A stretch of 64,000 nt of DNA from an uncultured Candidatus Saccharibacteria bacterium (GTDB taxonomy: Bacteria > Patescibacteriota > Minisyncoccia > UBA6257 > 2-01-FULL-56-20): positions 24,130 to 88,129 of the forward strand of contig CAZAFA010000002.1 in the NCBI GenBank assembly GCA_964484655.1, in the 5' to 3' direction. Position numbers and translations under genes: made by a program. Every line of letters starts with the position of its first letter. Position 1 is the stretch's first letter. The notes below the pieces were generated by a model, which searched no databases, was not told where the DNA came from, and was given only the letters and a program-made list of their open reading frames with translations. This document shows, piece after piece, positions 61,150-64,000 of this stretch.

Positions 61150-62472
61150 ATGCGACCCCGGGCGCGCGTGAAGCAGGCCCTCCTCATCGCCGGCGACCTG
61201 GCCATCATGGCCGGGGCCCTGGCCGCGGCCGTCTACCTCCGCGGCCGCGGCGACGTGTACGGCGAGCTTCTCCGCGGCGCCTGGCCCTGGACCGTCGTCA
61301 TCGCCGGCTGGACCTTCATCTTCTGGCTCTCCGGCCTGTACGACGTCCGCCGCCTCCGCAACGACATCTCCTTCCTCTCCACGTTCGTGCTCGCGGTCGG
61401 GATGAACCTCCTGCTCGCGATCGCCTTCTTCTACGCGATCCCCGCCGGCATCGCGCCGAAGACCACGCTCGTCATCTTCGCCGGCGTCTACCTCGTCCCA
61501 GCGCTCGTGTGGCGCCGTGCCTTCAACCGCTTCGTCGTCGGCATGGACGGCGCCGCGCGGACCCTCGTGCTCGGCGGCGGTCCTGTCGCGACGGAGCTGG
61601 TCGCGACGCTCCGCGAGTCCCCCCGCCACGGGTACCGCGTCGTCGCCTGGCGCCGCGGCGAGCCGGACGAGGAGAGCGCGGTCCACGTGCCAGCCGATGT
61701 CGAGGTCGCCATCGTCCCGCGGCGGACCGTCAACGACCCCGAGCTCGCGGCCGGCCTGTACGGCCTGCTCGCGCGCGGCGTGATCGTGCGCCGGCTCGAC
61801 GACGTCTACGAGGAGGTCTTCGGCAAGGTGCCGCTCCCCGAGGTGGACGAGACCTGGCTCCTCGAGCACGCCAGCCGGCGCCTCGACGTCTACACCGAGT
61901 TCCACGACCTCCTCACGTACGCGCTCGCGGTCGTGCTACAGGTCCTCTTCCTGCCGCTCGAGATCCTCATCGCGGTCGCGATCAAGCTCACGAGCCCGGG
62001 ACCGGTCATCTACCGCCAGGTCCGCACCGGCCGGGACGGGAAGCCGTTCACGCTCTACAAGTTCCGCACGATGCGCACCGACGCCGAGAAGGACGGCCCG
62101 CAGTGGTCCGGGGAGGGCGACAGCCGCGTCACGGCGATCGGCCGCCTCCTCCGCTACACGCACGTGGACGAGTTCCCGCAGCTGTGGAACGTGCTCCGCG
62201 GCGAGATCGCGTTCGTCGGCCCCCGGCCGGAGCGGCCCGAGTTCGAGGAGACGCTCGAGAAGCAGATCCCGCACTACCGCGTCCGCCATCTCGTGAAGCC
62301 GGGCATCACCGGCTGGGCCCAGGTCAGCTACCCGTACGGCTCCGCCGTGGAGCACGCCTACCAGAAGCTCCAGTACGACCTCCACTACCTCCGGTACCGG
62401 TCCGTCCTGATGGACGCCTTCGTGCTCCTGAAGACGGTGAAGACCCTGGTGGCGACGCCCCGGCAGGCGTAG
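61150..62472 (+). CDS. polyprenyl glycosylphosphotransferase (WcaJ/WbaP-like)
   Basis: KFRTM, DEFPQLWNV, GPRPERP, KPGITGWAQV, YDLHY. Confidence 0.93.
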   Translation: MRPRARVKQALLIAGDLAIMAGALAAAVYLRGRGDVYGELLRGAWPWTVVIAGWTFIFWLSGLYDVRRLRNDISFLSTFVLAVGMNLLLAIAFFYAIPAGIAPKTTLVIFAGVYLVPALVWRRAFNRFVVGMDGAARTLVLGGGPVATELVATLRESPRHGYRVVAWRRGEPDEESAVHVPADVEVAIVPRRTVNDPELAAGLYGLLARGVIVRRLDDVYEEVFGKVPLPEVDETWLLEHASRRLDVYTEFHDLLTYALAVVLQVLFLPLEILIAVAIKLTSPGPVIYRQVRTGRDGKPFTLYKFRTMRTDAEKDGPQWSGEGDSRVTAIGRLLRYTHVDEFPQLWNVLRGEIAFVGPRPERPEFEETLEKQIPHYRVRHLVKPGITGWAQVSYPYGSAVEHAYQKLQYDLHYLRYRSVLMDAFVLLKTVKTLVATPRQA

Positions 62473-62504
62473 CGTTCCGGCCGGATTCGGGGCAGACTTA
62501 GCGC

Positions 62505-63956
62505 GTGTTCGCCCGTCTCCGCAGCTTCCTCTTCAGCAACGGCTCTCCCGAGCAGACCGTGGCCAAGAACGCGTTCTGGCTGGGCGTCTCGCAGTTCGGC
62601 GCGCGCCTGGTACGCGCCGCCTTCATGGTCTACCTCGCGCGCCTCGTGGGCGCGGAAGGCTACGGCGTGATCAGCTACGCGCTCTCGCTCGCGGCGCTCC
62701 TCTCGGCGGTCACCGACCTCGGCATCTCGGGCGTCATCACGCGCGAAGGCAGCCGCCATCACAAGGACCAGCTCCGCTACCTCGCGACGGGCGCCGCCGC
62801 GAAGGCGGGACTCGTCGTGGTCTCCGGCATCGTCCTCCTGCTCTGGGGGATCGCCGGCGCGCCGCATGCGATGCTGCTGCCGCTGGTGATGCTCGTGGTC
62901 GCCTTCGACGGCGTGCGAGACCTGGCGACGGCCCTCTACCGCGCGCAGGAGCGCATGGAGGTCGAGGCGTACGTGCAGATGATCACCAACGTCGGCATCG
63001 CCGTGCTCGGCCTCGTCGCCGCGCTCGCGATCGGGACCCCGTCCTGGGTGCTCATCGGCTACGCGGGCGGCTGCGCGCTCGGCGCTGCCGCGGCGATCTG
63101 GCCCATGCGGTCGAGCCTCGGCTCCTTCCGTCGCCGCTACGACCGCTCCCTCGTCCGCGAGCTCGTCCGTTCCTCCTGGACCTTCGGCGTCGTCGGGCTC
63201 GTCGGCGGCATCATGCTCAACGCGGACGCGATCATGCTCGCCTGGTTCCGCCCCGAGGCAGAGGTCGGCTACTACGCCGCCGCGCAGCGCATCGTCCAGC
63301 TCCTCTACGTGCTCCCGCTGCCGCTGGCGTCGGCGCTCTTCCCTCTCGTGGCGCGCCTCGCCGACGACCGCGAGCGGTTCCGCGAGGTGGTGGAGGGCGC
63401 GACGCGGTTCCTGCTCGTGCTCGGGACCGGCCTGGCGGTCGGCCTGCTCGCCTCGTCGGGCGCGGTCATCCGCCTCCTCTACGGCGAGGCCTTCGAGCCG
63501 TCCGCCAACAGCCTGGCGCTCCTGAGCCTGACGCTCGTGCCGTCGTTCGTGGTCGCGAGCCTGGGTAACGCGCTCTTCGCGCTGCGCAAGGAGCGCGCGC
63601 TCGTCTGGTACGCCGTGATCGCGGTCGGGGCGAACGTCCTCGCGAACCTCGTCTTCATCCCCCGCTGGGGCGGCCCTGGCTCGGCCTTCGCCACGCTCGT
63701 CGCGCAGAGCGTGCTGCTCGCCTATCTCAGCTACGTGCTCCGCCGCGCGTCCGGCGCGCGCCTGTTCCGCAACCTCGCGGAGATCGCCGTGGGCGTCATC
63801 GCGGGCGTCGTGGTAGCGGTGCTCTGCATCATCGTCGGCGTCAACGGGATCGTCGTCGGCGCGCTCGCTTTCGCCGCCTACGTCGCGGCACTCGCCGCGC
63901 TCAAGGACGAGACCGCCTTGCGCGGCATCCGGTACGCGCGCGCCTTCCTGCGATGA
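62505..63956 (+). CDS. Wzx-type polysaccharide flippase
   Basis: About 14 TM; VAKNAFW, VGYYAAAQR, NLVFIPRWG..G.A.AT. Confidence 0.88.
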   Translation: MFARLRSFLFSNGSPEQTVAKNAFWLGVSQFGARLVRAAFMVYLARLVGAEGYGVISYALSLAALLSAVTDLGISGVITREGSRHHKDQLRYLATGAAAKAGLVVVSGIVLLLWGIAGAPHAMLLPLVMLVVAFDGVRDLATALYRAQERMEVEAYVQMITNVGIAVLGLVAALAIGTPSWVLIGYAGGCALGAAAAIWPMRSSLGSFRRRYDRSLVRELVRSSWTFGVVGLVGGIMLNADAIMLAWFRPEAEVGYYAAAQRIVQLLYVLPLPLASALFPLVARLADDRERFREVVEGATRFLLVLGTGLAVGLLASSGAVIRLLYGEAFEPSANSLALLSLTLVPSFVVASLGNALFALRKERALVWYAVIAVGANVLANLVFIPRWGGPGSAFATLVAQSVLLAYLSYVLRRASGARLFRNLAEIAVGVIAGVVVAVLCIIVGVNGIVVGALAFAAYVAALAALKDETALRGIRYARAFLR

Positions 63957-64000
63957 GGAGCGTCCTGCTCGTAGCCACGCGCGCCGAGATCGGCGGCGCG
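63953..64000 (+). CDS. probable glycosyltransferase, 5' fragment
   Basis: ATGA overlap; MRSVLLVATRAEIGGA resembles a GT4 N-terminus. Confidence 0.55.
   Translation, partial: MRSVLLVATRAEIGGA

Overview
GC-rich bacterial chromosome segment. It is most likely from a Patescibacteria (CPR/Parcubacteria-type) genome, which I infer from the N-terminally short IF-2, the DUF5666, PilO-like and TPR-membrane genes, and the near absence of biosynthetic genes. Core content: rluA-family (cut by the window edge), topA, parA/parB, rbfA-infB, an ECF sigma/anti-sigma pair, a P-type ATPase, nfi, a MacAB-like exporter, lemA/TPM, secE-nusG-rpsR-PAP2-uppP, gyrB, mutY-like, htpX, groES-groEL with a CIRCE element, dsbA-trxB, the start of a polysaccharide locus, and 7 tRNAs. 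The most striking pattern is two classes of gene start. About 15 core genes look leaderless (TANNNT, 6-7 nt, start codon, no SD). Interspersed accessory genes instead have their own -35/-10 promoter, a strong SD and a terminator, and five of them share the 11-mer GTAATAAGGAG. Other leads: a ~470-nt region with no credible ORF behind a second copy of the ECF sigma's own putative promoter; an AT-rich nuclease-DGQHR-HEPN gene at tRNA-Ser; a RelE/HigB-HTH-third-gene module resembling TAC; an ECF sigma coupled to a ParB CTPase; a structured ~160-nt sRNA candidate; orphan ZAS-motif proteins; and a J-domain orphan. No CRISPR array, integrase or transposase was seen. Family names come from motif recognition, not database searches.
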